Virus record (IMG/VR): IMGVR_UViG_3300017917_002762
Coordinates: 61,947-125,946 of that record
Direction: 5' to 3' (one strand)
Source of the DNA: a virus
Length of the DNA stretch: 64,000 nucleotides
Shown: one piece after another, positions 11,601-21,000 of the stretch
How the letters are laid out: each line of letters opens with the position of its first letter
Numbering within the stretch: the first letter of the stretch is position 1
Position numbers and translations under genes: made by a program
Notes under the pieces: model-generated
What the model was told of the DNA's origin: nothing
What the model saw: only the letters and a program-made list of their open reading frames with translations
Databases searched by the model: none

Positions 11601-14600
11601 GTATAGAAACACTTATACCTTGACTTTGAATAGCTAATAACTGTTGTTCTGGTGTAGAAGGTTGTGTAGAAGTTATAGGTTGAGTTTGAGCTTGTGTTTG
11701 AAAACCTGTAAAACCACTTTTCCATAAACTTGCACCTGTAGTTGGAGATGCATTTTGTTGATTATTTTGAATATTGTTATTTATATTAGTTTGTAAATTT
11801 TTATTTTCTGAATTTTGTGCAGCATTATCAAATTTAACATTAATAGGTTGACCTGGACTTAAAAGAACTACGTTACCAGTTCCTCCTTTTAATGAAGGTA
11901 TTGAACCTTCTGCTTTTAATTCTTTATTAATAATGATAGGTTCAAAAGGATCTTCAGGATTATTAAAAATAATATTTACACTTTTTAATTGTGGTGTAGT
12001 TACATCTGTTTCACTATATTCTGGAACATTTGTATATATAACAGGTTCTGATGTTTTAAATAAATACTCTGTATAATTTTCATATTCTTTTTTAATTATA
12101 GGATTACCATCTTTATCAATACCCATTTCAAAAAATGGCTTATTTGTTTTATTTAATAAACTACTATTAACCTGATGATATAATCCTTCTGTAAGTTTTT
12201 CTGCATTTTCATCAATATCTGTTGCACTTAATGTGTATCCCACACCTCCTCTATAAAGTTTATTATCAGAACTACTTATATAAAATCTATTTTGAGATTC
12301 ACTTTTATTACCTTCTGTTGTCCAAAAAATTAATCCTTGTAAATAATTAAGTATATCTTCTCTTGATTGTAATTGATTTTTAGTTAATGCTAAAGGATCA
12401 ACAGCTTCTATTGCATTTATTTTAGCAATGTATTTTAATAAATCAATAATGGTATTTTTTTCATCTGTATTAAGTTCTCTATTAAACACTCTAAAAATCT
12501 GACCATCATCTCTTTTCATATATAGACGACCTTCTTTAACACCATCAGATTTATCTGTTGCAACTTCAAGTTTAATACCTTGACCATTTGGGTGCATTAA
12601 GTTAGAATAATCATTAGTTCCTTTCATGATTAATCTATTTTCTAAACTATGTTCTTGAGGTAAATCAGTTTGAGCATCTTTAGGAAGAATTACTTGTGTA
12701 CCTCTAGTTTTACCTGAAATAGGAATAATGATTTGTTTTCCTTGTTTTATATTTTCACGTGTATTTTTAATAAAACTAATATACCCAATTACTATATTAG
12801 ATATTTGTTCTTTAGTTAAACCTTTAGTTGTAAACTTACTTTCTACCCATTTAATTGCATTTTCAAGTGGACCAAATAATTCAGTATTCATCCTAAAACT
12901 TGTATATACAATATTATCAGCATTAGGATTATCTAATATTTGACCTGTTATGTCAACAGGTTTATATTCTCCATCATCATTTTTAACAACTATAACTTTA
13001 ATATCATTTTCATCATAAGTTATTCCGTAATTATCAGTATCTTTTGTAATTGGCATTAAGAAATACTCACCACCACTTAAGTTTAGATTATCTGTAAATT
13101 TAAAAAATCTTGCATTACCATTTTTTAAGTTTATATCTGTATCTTCTAAATCATTATAATGTAAACCTGTAGTAAGATAAAGTCCAGTTAATCTTAATAA
13201 TGGTTTTTTTAATTGATCAGGATTATTAAACAACTCTCCTTCATTAGATATTTCTACAAGATTAGCATCTGGATTTTGTTTTAATAATTCAGCTCTTCTT
13301 GCAGAAGTAATTTCTGTTTGTAATCTTCTACGTTCTTGTATGTATGATACTTCAGAAAATAATTCATCCTGAATATATTTTAAAAATTTAATTCTATCTT
13401 CTAATTCAGAATACTCTTTAAGTTGTTCTGATGCTTTTTGAAGTCTTTGTAGTTTTGGAAACAGCTCAGTATTAATTTTATTAAATGCTTCTTTTGCATT
13501 TTTAAACCCACCAGCTAATTCTTTGGCAATTTGAAAATCAAGATTATTATTAACAATTCCTCTCCTTAAAAATTTTAAAAATTCTATTTTATCATCATCT
13601 TGACTTTTTTCTTCTTCTTCTTTTAAATACTTTGTAAGCCATTTTTTACTATTATCACTATTAAGAATATCAATGATATCAATATACTTACTTAATTTTT
13701 TCCAAATATCTTTAGCTTCTATAGCAAATTTTTCAAACTTTTGAATTATTTCTTTAAGTTCTTCTATTTCAAATTCTGTATCAAAAAGAAATTTATCAAC
13801 CTCTTCTTTAGAATATCTTTTAGTTATAAGATTTTCTCTTAAAGATTCTGCTTTTGTTTCTTCTGTAGTATAAATGTTACCAGATGAATCTTTTTCAAAT
13901 GCTTTATTGGCTTGTTCAATTTCATCAAGTGCCATATAATATGCATCTCTTGATGTATTTAAACTATCATAGAGTTCTGTTAATGATGTAAGTTCTTCTT
14001 TTAAATCATTAATTAAAGTTTCTATACTATTAATTTTTTCAGGAAAAGAATCAATAGTTTCTTTCATTTTAAGATACTCATTACTACGTCTACCAGACTT
14101 TTTTGGTGGATTTTTTTCTATGTATTGTTGAGCAGTTTGAAGATCTTCACGCATTAATTCTACTTCTGCACGTAAATCTTCTAATCTTTTTGTATTATCT
14201 TCTCTTTTCTTTTTTGTGTCTTCAAGATTTAATTCTACTCTATTAATTAAATTAACTAAAGCTTGTTTTTGATCTTCAATATTTTGTATTTGTTTATACT
14301 TTTCTTCTTCTAAAAGTTGATCTTTATAAAATTCATTAATAGTAAGTCCATTACCTTTGCTTTGTCTTTTAGAAGCATATTTTTCATAATATTTTAAATT
14401 AAATAAAGGTGTAAGAAATTTATTCTTAAACTTATATTTCATTCTAATAACAAAATTTCCATCTTCATCATATTCGCCAACTAAAGTTGCGGTGACCATT
14501 TTACTTGTATCACTATAATCTTTATCATCTAATTTATGAGGAGTTCCATATTTTTCATTTACTTTAATATCAAATTGTTTATCACGATTAATATAATAGA

Positions 14601-17600
14601 ATCTTTCTAATATAGTTAATTCTTTAAAGTTTTTAAGTAAACCAAATTCATTTGCAAAGTCTTCTGCTTTTTTTGTAAATGTTTCTGGTTCATAATTAAG
14701 TTGATATGTTATATTTCCATCTTCAATTGAAATAATTTTAATTACATCATTTGAAAATTTAGATTTTCTTTTTTGATCTACTTTATCTACAGTTGATTTT
14801 TCTTTTAATTTTTCATATAATTTACCATCATCAGTTAATTCACCTTTTTCATTTTTAAAAATTTCTTTATATGCTTGTATTTCAGCATCTTCTTTAGGCA
14901 TTCCATTCTTAACTAAACCTTCTATTCTTTCATCTAATTGATTTTGTAATTGATCTAAATTATATTTTTCATCTTCAGTTAATTTTTCTTTTTTAATTTT
15001 TTTCTCTTTCTGTTTTTCTTTTTCTATTTCTTCTGTTAAATAAAAATTATTCTCTACAATTTCAATAGTGTGATCATTGCCTTCATTATCCTTTACATCT
15101 ATTTTAATTCTATTTGCATTTTCATCATATGTTTCATCTAATAATTCTAATAAACTTTCAGCTTGTTCTTTAGTTTCATGTTTACTAACTACAATACCTT
15201 TAGGAGAATATATAACATATTTACTATTTACTTTTAATATAAAGTGTTTATTATTTTTTGGATTTTTTTCAATATAATCAGCACCTGCTTTTTTAACTGC
15301 TTCTTCATCACCAAGCATGTCCATTAATTGTCTTAAATGTGCTTTATGTAAATTTTCAAAATTACTAGGATTAGCAATTAAATTAAAATAAGAAAGAATA
15401 TTTTCATAATCAGTTTGTAAATGCAAATAGTCAAACATATTACCAACTGTTTTATTTAAAATATCAGTTGTTAAATTTGTAATACTTTTATCTTTATTAT
15501 CTAAAGAAATAATATTAGAAATATCTTGTGCATTTTCATTAATAAAATTTGCTTTTATTTCTGATATTTTATCAGTGTTATTACCTGCTTCTTCTAGTTC
15601 ATTTATAAATTTTTCTACACTTTTTTTATATTTATTTAAAAGATCTAGTTTAGATTTTTTTTCTTCTTTAAGTGTAGGATCAGATATAGCTTCAAATTCT
15701 TTTTCTAAAATTTCAATTTCTTTTTTAAGAGTAAGAGAAGGAGATGTTAATGAATATAAAGAATTAAAATTAATACCAGGAAGATTTTCTTTAATTGCAC
15801 TTAATATTTCAACTTGTCTTTTTGCAATATCTTTATATGTTCCTCCACTAAATGCAATATGATCTATTGCTTGTTCAGCAGCCATATAATTTGCAACTTC
15901 ATCTTTATATTCTTCAGTTCCAATTTTATATTTTTTAGGATTATATGGATTACCATAATTATTTCTTATATTTTCATATGTATTTTTAACTTCTTTAACT
16001 TTAGATTCAAATGTATTTACAAGATTAGTCATTGTTTCTTTAGCTTGTTCTTCAGACATACCTTCATATAAAGAACCAGCATAAGCTTGTTTAAATTCAT
16101 CTAATGTAAGATCATTTATTGATTCTTTCATTCTATCAATAACGACATCATCAACACCAGACTTAATTATACTTAATACATATTTATTAATAAAATCATT
16201 TCTACTATCCCAATAATCTTTTTTTCTACCATCTTTTGCCGATTCATCCATAGATGCATTAAGTTCAACCAATGATCTATAAAAATCAGTTTTGTTATTA
16301 GTTGCTTGATTTAATGTTGAAACTAATTTAGTTCTTTCTTCATTTGCTCTTTGAACACTTGATTTATAACCATCAATGTTCATTTTTCTTTCATAAAGAT
16401 TTTTACCAGTTCTTATTGTACCACCAAGAACGTTCATTATACCACCAGTTAAAAAACCACTCATGAATGTTTTTAAACCATCCATTGTAAGTTGTTCTTT
16501 TGCACCAGCATATAAAAAATCATTAATACCTTTTTGATTTAATCTTTGTTTTTCTGTACCATAATTGTATAAATACCATTGTTTTGTAGCACTGTCTATA
16601 ATATCTTGTCCAGTTTCTTGGACACCTTCCATTAAATTTGTTTTAGTGTAAGTTATAGGTGCTTTTAATAATGTTTTAAAAGGAGAAGTTTTAAGTTGAT
16701 GAGTAAAAGCTGAAATTCCTGTTTTTGCAACAAAAACATCTTCTCCAGCTTTAATTGCTTTTTTACTATTAATAAAAATACCTTTTGCAACTAATCCATC
16801 ATCTAAAAATCTAGTTCCTTTAAATGTTTTAAATACACCATCAAAAGCAATTTTATCTGTAAGTGCAATCCAAGCAGCTTGAACAGCACCTTCTGTTTGT
16901 ATAGTTTCAAATGCTTTTTGTTTTAATTTTTGTTTTATTGCTTCATTTGGTTCAACACTATTTACATTTTTATATTCATTAAGAGCCATTTCATATGCTT
17001 CATCCATAACAGGAGCAATTGTTGCTTTTGCTTCTGTTATACCAGCATTAATCATTCTCATATCGCGATAAAATGCTCCAAATCCCCTAGCTGTAGTTCT
17101 TAATGTGGCTACTGTTGGATTAAATACCATTTTATCAACTCTTGCTAATTTTTTTGCATCTCCTATAAATTCTGTTACATTATTAAAAGGATTAATAAAT
17201 TTAGTAAAAGAATTATTAAATATTTTTCTTAAAGTACTAGCACTTTGTAATGATTTTTCTACTTCTCTTGTCTTATTAATTACATTTCCTAGTTTAGATG
17301 CAAGTTGTAAACTTCTTGCAGCTTGAAGTTCACTTGCACCACCAAACGTTGCAGTAGTTAAAGCAGAAAGAGCAAATTCTTCAGCAGCCATTTCAAGTAC
17401 AGCACCTATAGCATATCCACTTTGCTGAATCATATTAGCAAAATTAGATACATTAAAAAAAGTGTTTCTATCTTCTTGTGTTTGAAAAATATGATATTTA
17501 TTATTAAAATCATTTTGCCAAGCATTAATAGCTTCTAATTCTGATTGTTTAAATGGTGATTCACCTTTAAACATATTTATTGTATCACCCCAAGATAAAA

Positions 17601-18024
17601 ATTGATCTTTAATTTGATTAGCTGCTAATACACTACTTCCTACTATTGCATTAGATATTTTATCCCAATTTGTTTGTGCTTTACCATATGTTTCTTCAAC
17701 ATCTATTCCAGGAAATACACCAATGTCTTGAAAATATGGTGAAGATTTAGCAAGATCATATCCAGGAATTTCTGGAGTTTCATATCGTTGAGCTTGAAAA
17801 AAAGGACTTTGAGAATATTTATTAATATTATTTTTAATATTATTTTCAATATTTTGATCATTAGCTCCTACTAATGTTAATTCAGGATTACTTGTTGAAG
17901 ATAAACTTGCAAATGGATTTTCTAAAGGATCTGATTGTGTAAATGGTACGGGTATATTTTCTTCTGGTCCATTAACAAATGAATTTTCATTTTGAGAAAT
18001 ACTTGATGTATTAAGATCAATCAT
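2653..18024 (-). CDS. Giant (5123 aa) virion-associated RNA polymerase polyprotein of crAss/phi14:2 type, with an N-terminal ejection-protein-like region, a central zincin-like domain and C-terminal NADAR-like plus macro-like domains
   Basis: GKAGSDFDIDKMNLY with DFDID at 6496-6510, the catalytic DxDxD form known from the phi14:2 gp66 RNAP. Also GFRIPTQG and EADGQGW motifs, zincin-like GFHEAFEAIW (~11260-11290), hydrophobic Gly/Ala-rich N-terminal segments, and a position directly after the tail/cargo genes as in crAss-like phages. Confidence 0.9.
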   Translation of the reverse strand: MIDLNTSSISQNENSFVNGPEENIPVPFTQSDPLENPFASLSSTSNPELTLVGANDQNIENNIKNNINKYSQSPFFQAQRYETPEIPGYDLAKSSPYFQDIGVFPGIDVEETYGKAQTNWDKISNAIVGSSVLAANQIKDQFLSWGDTINMFKGESPFKQSELEAINAWQNDFNNKYHIFQTQEDRNTFFNVSNFANMIQQSGYAIGAVLEMAAEEFALSALTTATFGGASELQAARSLQLASKLGNVINKTREVEKSLQSASTLRKIFNNSFTKFINPFNNVTEFIGDAKKLARVDKMVFNPTVATLRTTARGFGAFYRDMRMINAGITEAKATIAPVMDEAYEMALNEYKNVNSVEPNEAIKQKLKQKAFETIQTEGAVQAAWIALTDKIAFDGVFKTFKGTRFLDDGLVAKGIFINSKKAIKAGEDVFVAKTGISAFTHQLKTSPFKTLLKAPITYTKTNLMEGVQETGQDIIDSATKQWYLYNYGTEKQRLNQKGINDFLYAGAKEQLTMDGLKTFMSGFLTGGIMNVLGGTIRTGKNLYERKMNIDGYKSSVQRANEERTKLVSTLNQATNNKTDFYRSLVELNASMDESAKDGRKKDYWDSRNDFINKYVLSIIKSGVDDVVIDRMKESINDLTLDEFKQAYAGSLYEGMSEEQAKETMTNLVNTFESKVKEVKNTYENIRNNYGNPYNPKKYKIGTEEYKDEVANYMAAEQAIDHIAFSGGTYKDIAKRQVEILSAIKENLPGINFNSLYSLTSPSLTLKKEIEILEKEFEAISDPTLKEEKKSKLDLLNKYKKSVEKFINELEEAGNNTDKISEIKANFINENAQDISNIISLDNKDKSITNLTTDILNKTVGNMFDYLHLQTDYENILSYFNLIANPSNFENLHKAHLRQLMDMLGDEEAVKKAGADYIEKNPKNNKHFILKVNSKYVIYSPKGIVVSKHETKEQAESLLELLDETYDENANRIKIDVKDNEGNDHTIEIVENNFYLTEEIEKEKQKEKKIKKEKLTEDEKYNLDQLQNQLDERIEGLVKNGMPKEDAEIQAYKEIFKNEKGELTDDGKLYEKLKEKSTVDKVDQKRKSKFSNDVIKIISIEDGNITYQLNYEPETFTKKAEDFANEFGLLKNFKELTILERFYYINRDKQFDIKVNEKYGTPHKLDDKDYSDTSKMVTATLVGEYDEDGNFVIRMKYKFKNKFLTPLFNLKYYEKYASKRQSKGNGLTINEFYKDQLLEEEKYKQIQNIEDQKQALVNLINRVELNLEDTKKKREDNTKRLEDLRAEVELMREDLQTAQQYIEKNPPKKSGRRSNEYLKMKETIDSFPEKINSIETLINDLKEELTSLTELYDSLNTSRDAYYMALDEIEQANKAFEKDSSGNIYTTEETKAESLRENLITKRYSKEEVDKFLFDTEFEIEELKEIIQKFEKFAIEAKDIWKKLSKYIDIIDILNSDNSKKWLTKYLKEEEEKSQDDDKIEFLKFLRRGIVNNNLDFQIAKELAGGFKNAKEAFNKINTELFPKLQRLQKASEQLKEYSELEDRIKFLKYIQDELFSEVSYIQERRRLQTEITSARRAELLKQNPDANLVEISNEGELFNNPDQLKKPLLRLTGLYLTTGLHYNDLEDTDINLKNGNARFFKFTDNLNLSGGEYFLMPITKDTDNYGITYDENDIKVIVVKNDDGEYKPVDITGQILDNPNADNIVYTSFRMNTELFGPLENAIKWVESKFTTKGLTKEQISNIVIGYISFIKNTRENIKQGKQIIIPISGKTRGTQVILPKDAQTDLPQEHSLENRLIMKGTNDYSNLMHPNGQGIKLEVATDKSDGVKEGRLYMKRDDGQIFRVFNRELNTDEKNTIIDLLKYIAKINAIEAVDPLALTKNQLQSREDILNYLQGLIFWTTEGNKSESQNRFYISSSDNKLYRGGVGYTLSATDIDENAEKLTEGLYHQVNSSLLNKTNKPFFEMGIDKDGNPIIKKEYENYTEYLFKTSEPVIYTNVPEYSETDVTTPQLKSVNIIFNNPEDPFEPIIINKELKAEGSIPSLKGGTGNVVLLSPGQPINVKFDNAAQNSENKNLQTNINNNIQNNQQNASPTTGASLWKSGFTGFQTQAQTQPITSTQPSTPEQQLLAIQSQGISVSIPTSSQPATTSVEPAPISSTELNTVINGTQPNNLGGNPANNNEEFYRERLSNTVMQTEDFAKMEAWFKSKLPNIKIVKVAELIDGKAWGAFKNGIVYIYENAEIGTGFHEAFEAIWNAYLNQFEQADLINEFRNRTGTFTNPFTKETKNYADASYYDVREMLAEEFRTYILNEEYDITPEKETSLTGKIKEFFRDLWNTIKKYIGLSTKEKKEGESLVHSVFNKINNGSYANVRFARNVSEIGTTYREAVLEDITKTIPNTTQEFTNQFVEGLTAHFFTNLHNPNLLKDSKGNFIKSNIETLLSEDSNNNKLLKELFEKSMANVWDNIYGKNSICYQRYYAPLAIKQIKYNGRDLTQDEANDLWSQAIAEFKSKNRFAIMFDSAQQNPLLVYNILKQSLQKYGLKFKEVEGVEDQEGNKPTDELEVNDNSGIRDTIFIDPKRLTATSFNILVGSLTNDAYFKNDEGNLVIKAKRNNLDLPSLVDFDTTFNLLLNELNGTYSRMIVKNGDITFYDALSAMFDKLDNKYFDKSKGLYIDNFVWIKRLKNRLKYAGEEGRYFTQETLNIDDIKLLIGFEKSLMNKKNNPLRTIINKNGDIYSIDALDESNEKRIREEWMNNTPRNLKFLMDKSQNNNQILGFDNEGNIVFDPNSQQYKKFQSLKADADRNLLLPTVLEYLKDLGIIFSGTTDENGKLKSSFPPVINFNKATIIESFKNIKNSIISSEENSIKYLDDLFSTVGPESNNMKKLIAVETMMRTDNSILMSTTASGQNQYSITLPASINYVLSSLNESKNLEEFVLSNPQFGTVDYKDGQPVIVLHPYQNNSQLLKPGGLIFDERGDKKNGINYYLISGVSSMDTNGTDTANLTYPDRIMQEINYILNADKEGLKPIYFTIINSDKSSEFALSFKKPFISPNIAGYGINSSQFSNVLNIYLEHLSDEIDAALMEVDSKSNIKNYSTSVKYLGHFKDVLQFKTEKELKESGLKKSFLQKRYEMLLSGKITKDEFLAEPSISEFIKNDLNETVDYTIESLVKLGILNRSGDNINNFIYSTNAIDNTVLENYFNIDATSMTHNDVEKLVTYITINKELAVTEQHKLLYGHPAFYKDLAKRANGINSSKDAIVDNPMIIKEYDRLIPRFDSKIRSTNKIQTFKNIAFKDVTAVSNYYKQIAEGLYDSIRRDELSKEEAENRIGAKFNEDGSFKNFILEKGKFTGEIKAYIELNEADGQGWVMADMYRDMLLLSSKLSNKQLQQIDYELAYEINARSNKPKTDAGYKEYKKGKYTLKWAQSILEKGNPNVPLPVIKPQYFGYAVNTSMMHPVFLKHSVQPKFYRNVEGTEYEKLYIAAQSQQIDIIGFESGEKVGALVNPKTGEFIDFHKQDGSINVEYNKKTKSWSLPEGLGIQELYTKYYGIQSEQPAIYKDKVVRGTQVTKLIMSNFKVNGKYVNSKAENLVNRYNKVLERIVTKGKEELLDELGITVDSNNNYEVLDYTKMIKLLRDELIKRDLPSNLVDALNINSETKGLLYKFDTLANREKIDNILNKIVDSRVISAKMFGKPAVQVASSGYNSTNRKMMYLDNDVYTEVDDLEKLTDEQKKTIIPTSSDLKFYELKNGKISKMEIYMPWFFEGIDPEDFGLKLKNGVYEIPKNMDSRLLQMIGFRIPTQGMNSIESIVVKGFLPRESGDMIVVPTEIVGKAGSDFDIDKMNLYIPNYVLKYSKFTKEEIVDFKKSPFFDNISKSIRKIINGLSEEQFADLIDDLNNFSITSGKGKFGNLEEYLKENNITGEEYDMYTQLKNSLVEYNDYRRNIIKENKNKKKEFKPIVEDILYIEAGQDTKESLQNELREIMEDLVSMPENYRQLVMPNSTATLKSLANKINELKGKKDSENSMLALRKFIQSAETRERYLTGKRLVGIAALQSTSHVMCQIADIILSGKYDVGNVKFMVKYEGESQETVNGKIKRTISINLSHNETKIGQFYLNAKTDAEGRWISENISEALSGFVDAAKDPFVFSLNINFNTAGTWFYLQKLGVPMKEIAYLFNQPAVEKYMSLENINKSIFKSVNNDSVFREHMYIESISKYFGMLSDENAKLISSINELLSKLNNNEDLDRQEIININVALKSEKIKLYSEISRIRKENKKPSIKELEDAIKNLNNPKYKFTKKDAELQITMLSDYLEYQDQSSNLTEFISSIGYDNQKTKTLIENKLQQIKWERMVDGGFIANPESILNNTFIGEMKKQKEDLFPLFKDMFISLDDKALPVFEKLYNFLENRDIFMSNDDKSLLINKYQNFFIAYVIQNTPFKYGEVETRISDMFDILMRGSESLPNQLLALKQSPDYNISQNLIVKELLPIFANNVDGQDNIKLFRNKMDTYKNDVLIESINNLLDYAKASGNVELESFVNNLTIFTILQSGLQNSTINYTKVLPAHLYSRFINELLTVYQASDESFDANLIWQQFHQNNKFDRNINKKPKFVKKQKYSASIFLNADYSDSNYEFIIQSAPKMGVTSEDINNLSKFKKGYKAFDYWIYKRTGYTTIKGQEYAQYDPLIPLGDGRNYTETSIYNLVQSSLEKNNVLTAEGYKRRSNYTPETVASTPMIAAPISSTEMKLASIEQFKQMALNLPMFQNQSQAAVAPNMIQLSEKGGENISYSGSEFAKKLTNPGNNLAIKFRNVTFRNAEHAYQTWKSGEFDETAFKSNEFKPKGSKKVNIKINYKLMVDILTEKLKQHPELIKGINDRGGLKYINASTHDVKGTDKFWETKSGKNKFIEALAEAYTNLQPKSIKGYGFESVSISKEKYTRELVRKNPDIAYIYTENTYSLTAFPDKEGGGTAVIRPELNAYAIVTKKKYDYNTRENVDYSNSESDFEEFKSVNTELIQKIKQSGKSKVVFPEGFGTGLAKMPTRFAEWLQKELYDNFGLITELDKTKTGLISKGVTTEAEGQQERKIKLMDGNSYPISQINSQLLESMGYTPLQIGNILKTIC
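2845..3230 (-). other. Macro-like (DUF7831-type) domain within the RNAP polyprotein
   Basis: ELVRKNPDIAYIYTEN...GGGTAVIRPELNAYAIVTKK...VVFPEGFGTGLAKMP. This resembles the small phage family with yiFgdN / GgQA.iR...NA.gi.TK / fP..GiGTGlA motifs; the GxGTGxA loop is macrodomain-like. Confidence 0.55.
3270..3660 (-). other. NADAR (YbiA/DarG1-like)-type domain within the RNAP polyprotein
   Basis: FRNVTFRNAEHAYQTWKSG...LMVDILTEKLKQHPEL...DKFWETKSGKNKFIEAL matches the NADAR pattern F..aEH.YQa.K / lM..il.aK..Q.p.l / D.fW...G.N. Confidence 0.7.
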
Positions 18025-18060
18025 TTTTAATAATTTTTATTTTATAAAATTAATATAATA

Positions 18061-21000
18061 TTAGTAATTATTTGCGTTTAAAATTCTATTTATGTGATTT
18101 TCTGAACTTTCTCCTTCTTTCTTTTTAAAATTTTTTAATTTAGTAGATTTATTTTCACTTTGTTGCTTTAAATAATTATAAATAGCTTGTGTATTTGGCA
18201 TAAATCCTTCTCTTAAAGATCTTAATATATTATCTACACCAATTTCTTTTGGATAAGATTGAGGTTCAAATTCAGTCCATTCAAATGTATTTGATGTAGG
18301 GTCATATTTTTTAACTTTATATCTAACATTAATTTGATCATTAGAACCCAAAGTTAATGTATAATCATAATGTAATTTATTTTTTTCATAATCAGAAGCT
18401 TTAATACCTTTAGATAACATTTCATCCGTAATTACAGATGACATATAATCATCTTTAGCATATTTTAAAAATACATTATTATCTACATTTAATTCAACAC
18501 CATTAATAACAAATGATTGTGCAATTCCCATCAATTGTTTTTCTTCTGAAGAATTTGGTTTAAGTTGAAAATTCTTTTTAATTAAATTATTTAAATTATC
18601 AGAATCAAAAATTAATTTTACTAATGATTTATCAGAAGTTTTTCCAGAATAAGATAATTCTGTTTTACTTAACACTTTATCTAATTCAGTTGGGTTTTTT
18701 AAAATTATTTCTAATACTTTATTTACATCATCTCTATTTTGATTTTTAATTAATTGATTATAATTATTTGGTAATATAACACCATCAGTTTTTTCAATAA
18801 TGTTACCTTGATTATTAGATATAGCATCTTGCGCTATTAATTTAGAATTTTCATTTTTTGGTGTAGAAGGATCATTTGTATATTGTAAAGTTTTGTTTAA
18901 AACAAAACTTCTATCATATTGAGGATATTTTTTTTCTAAAAAAGAATTAAAATCTAAAAATAAAACATCATTATATTTATTAATTTTTTCTTTTAATTTT
19001 TCTGGAACTAATCCGTTTAATTTTTCAACTAAATCTGTTAAATCCCAAATACCACCATCTTTATCTTTATATTCATATCTTTTTGTGTTTATTCGATCCC
19101 AACCTTCATCACTTGTAGTATATTCTTTTCTATAAACTTCATCAACTTTTAACCTACCATCAACATATGCTTGTGCTATATCTTTTGGTAATTTACCATT
19201 ATATAAAATTTTAGCATTTTCTAAAGATCCTTTTCTTTCATTTACATTATCACCTAATACATAATGACCAAGGTTTCTTCCTTGTTCCCACCAAGGAAGT
19301 TCTTTATCTGTTAATTTATAAACAGTTTCTGCTAAGTTAACAACATCATCTGCATTAATTATTCTATTATTTCCTTTTTTATCTTTTTTTAAAATAGTTT
19401 TAAATTCAGGATTAATTTTAGATTTTTTATTATATTCTTTAAAATCTAACATTATCCCATTACTCATAGTAAATTTAGAAGCTGCATCATCAATTAATGG
19501 TCTTAGGTTTGCTCTTTCTAAACTAGGGTTAGTTGTTGAAGCGTCAATATAATCTAATAATGAACGTAATTGTAATGATGGTGTAGAATTATAACTTTCA
19601 AAATTTTTAAAATAATCTTTTGTATTTTCATTATTTTTTAAATCATTAAAAGTCTTTTTTAAATTTTCTTCAGAAGGAATATTTTTATTTAAAGCAGTAG
19701 TTCCATTAATTAAACTTGATAAATAATCAACATATTTATATATTGAAGGAAAATCACTTCCTAATTTACTATCAGTATTTATATATTGAGCAACTCCTGA
19801 TATAAATAAATCTCTATTTTTTTGAATATTTCTATTAAAATTAATATAAAAACTTTTTTCTAAATCTTCTTGGGTTGTTTTATTATTAACTACAATTGGT
19901 ACATCTGCTTTTTTTTCTGAAATTTTAGAAGCAGATTCTTTAACGTTAGTTTGTATATTTTCATTTGATTGAAATGTTATATCTTCTGGTATACTAGAAG
20001 ATCCATTTTCATTATATCCTTTTTGTGTAATTACAACATTTCCTTTATTATCAGTTCTTACTATTTCTTGTATAGCACCATATTTTCTATTTTGATCTTC
20101 CTGGTGAGCTATCATTTTCATTGCTGCAACTGCTTCACTATCATTTATTAATTTTTCAGTTGTTGCAGCAGCTCTTGTTAAAGCGACATTTTCAGAAAAA
20201 ATATGTCTGTATTGTTCAGCAAAATAACCATTAAGATTAACATCAGGTCTGTTAAAATCATCACTTTGTAAATCTTTTAATACAGATTTATATTTATTAA
20301 TTTGTTGATTTATACTTGAAATTTGAGTTTGATATTCTTTAAACTCATTTAATTTTTCAATAGTAGGTTCTATACCTTTATCATAATCATTACTAATTTC
20401 AGTACTTAATTTAATATATTTAGATTCTAAACCATCATCATTTGTAGTTCCTTTTAATATAGAATTATAATTATTAATTTTACTTTCAAATTCAGAAGTT
20501 TTAGTAGCTATATAATTTTTTTTAGCATATTGTTCTGCTTCTTCTTTAGTTATATTTGGATTATTAAATCTTTCATTATTAACCATATTTTGAAAGTCAA
20601 CAACACCTTCAACCATAAATATTTTTTGTAAATCTGGTCTATTTTTAATAAAATTATCAACTACAGCACTATAAGTTTCTTTAGAACCTGGTCCATTTGT
20701 TACTAAAACAAGACGACCATTTTCATTTTTAATAGAAGTAATTCCATCTTTATAACCAGATTCATTTAGATATTTATTAACTTCAGCATGAACATCTATA
20801 TTTGGAACATATTCATTAACTTTTATTTTTTGAATAGATCCATCACCTCTTTTAGCAAGTTTTAAATTTTGAAGTGTTAACTGAACAAATTGTAATCCTT
20901 TATCCCAAGCTCTATCTCTATCTTCTTTTTTATCTGAATTTTTTAATTTATTATATTCTTGAATTTGCGATTGATATTGCTTAGTAATTTTATAATCAGC

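Noticed and set aside
2653-18024. Intein or intron in the RNAP, terminase or MCP genes
   Set aside because: No intein splice-junction motifs (C/S start, HN end) or embedded LAGLIDADG/HNH motifs were recognised, and the reading frames are continuous.
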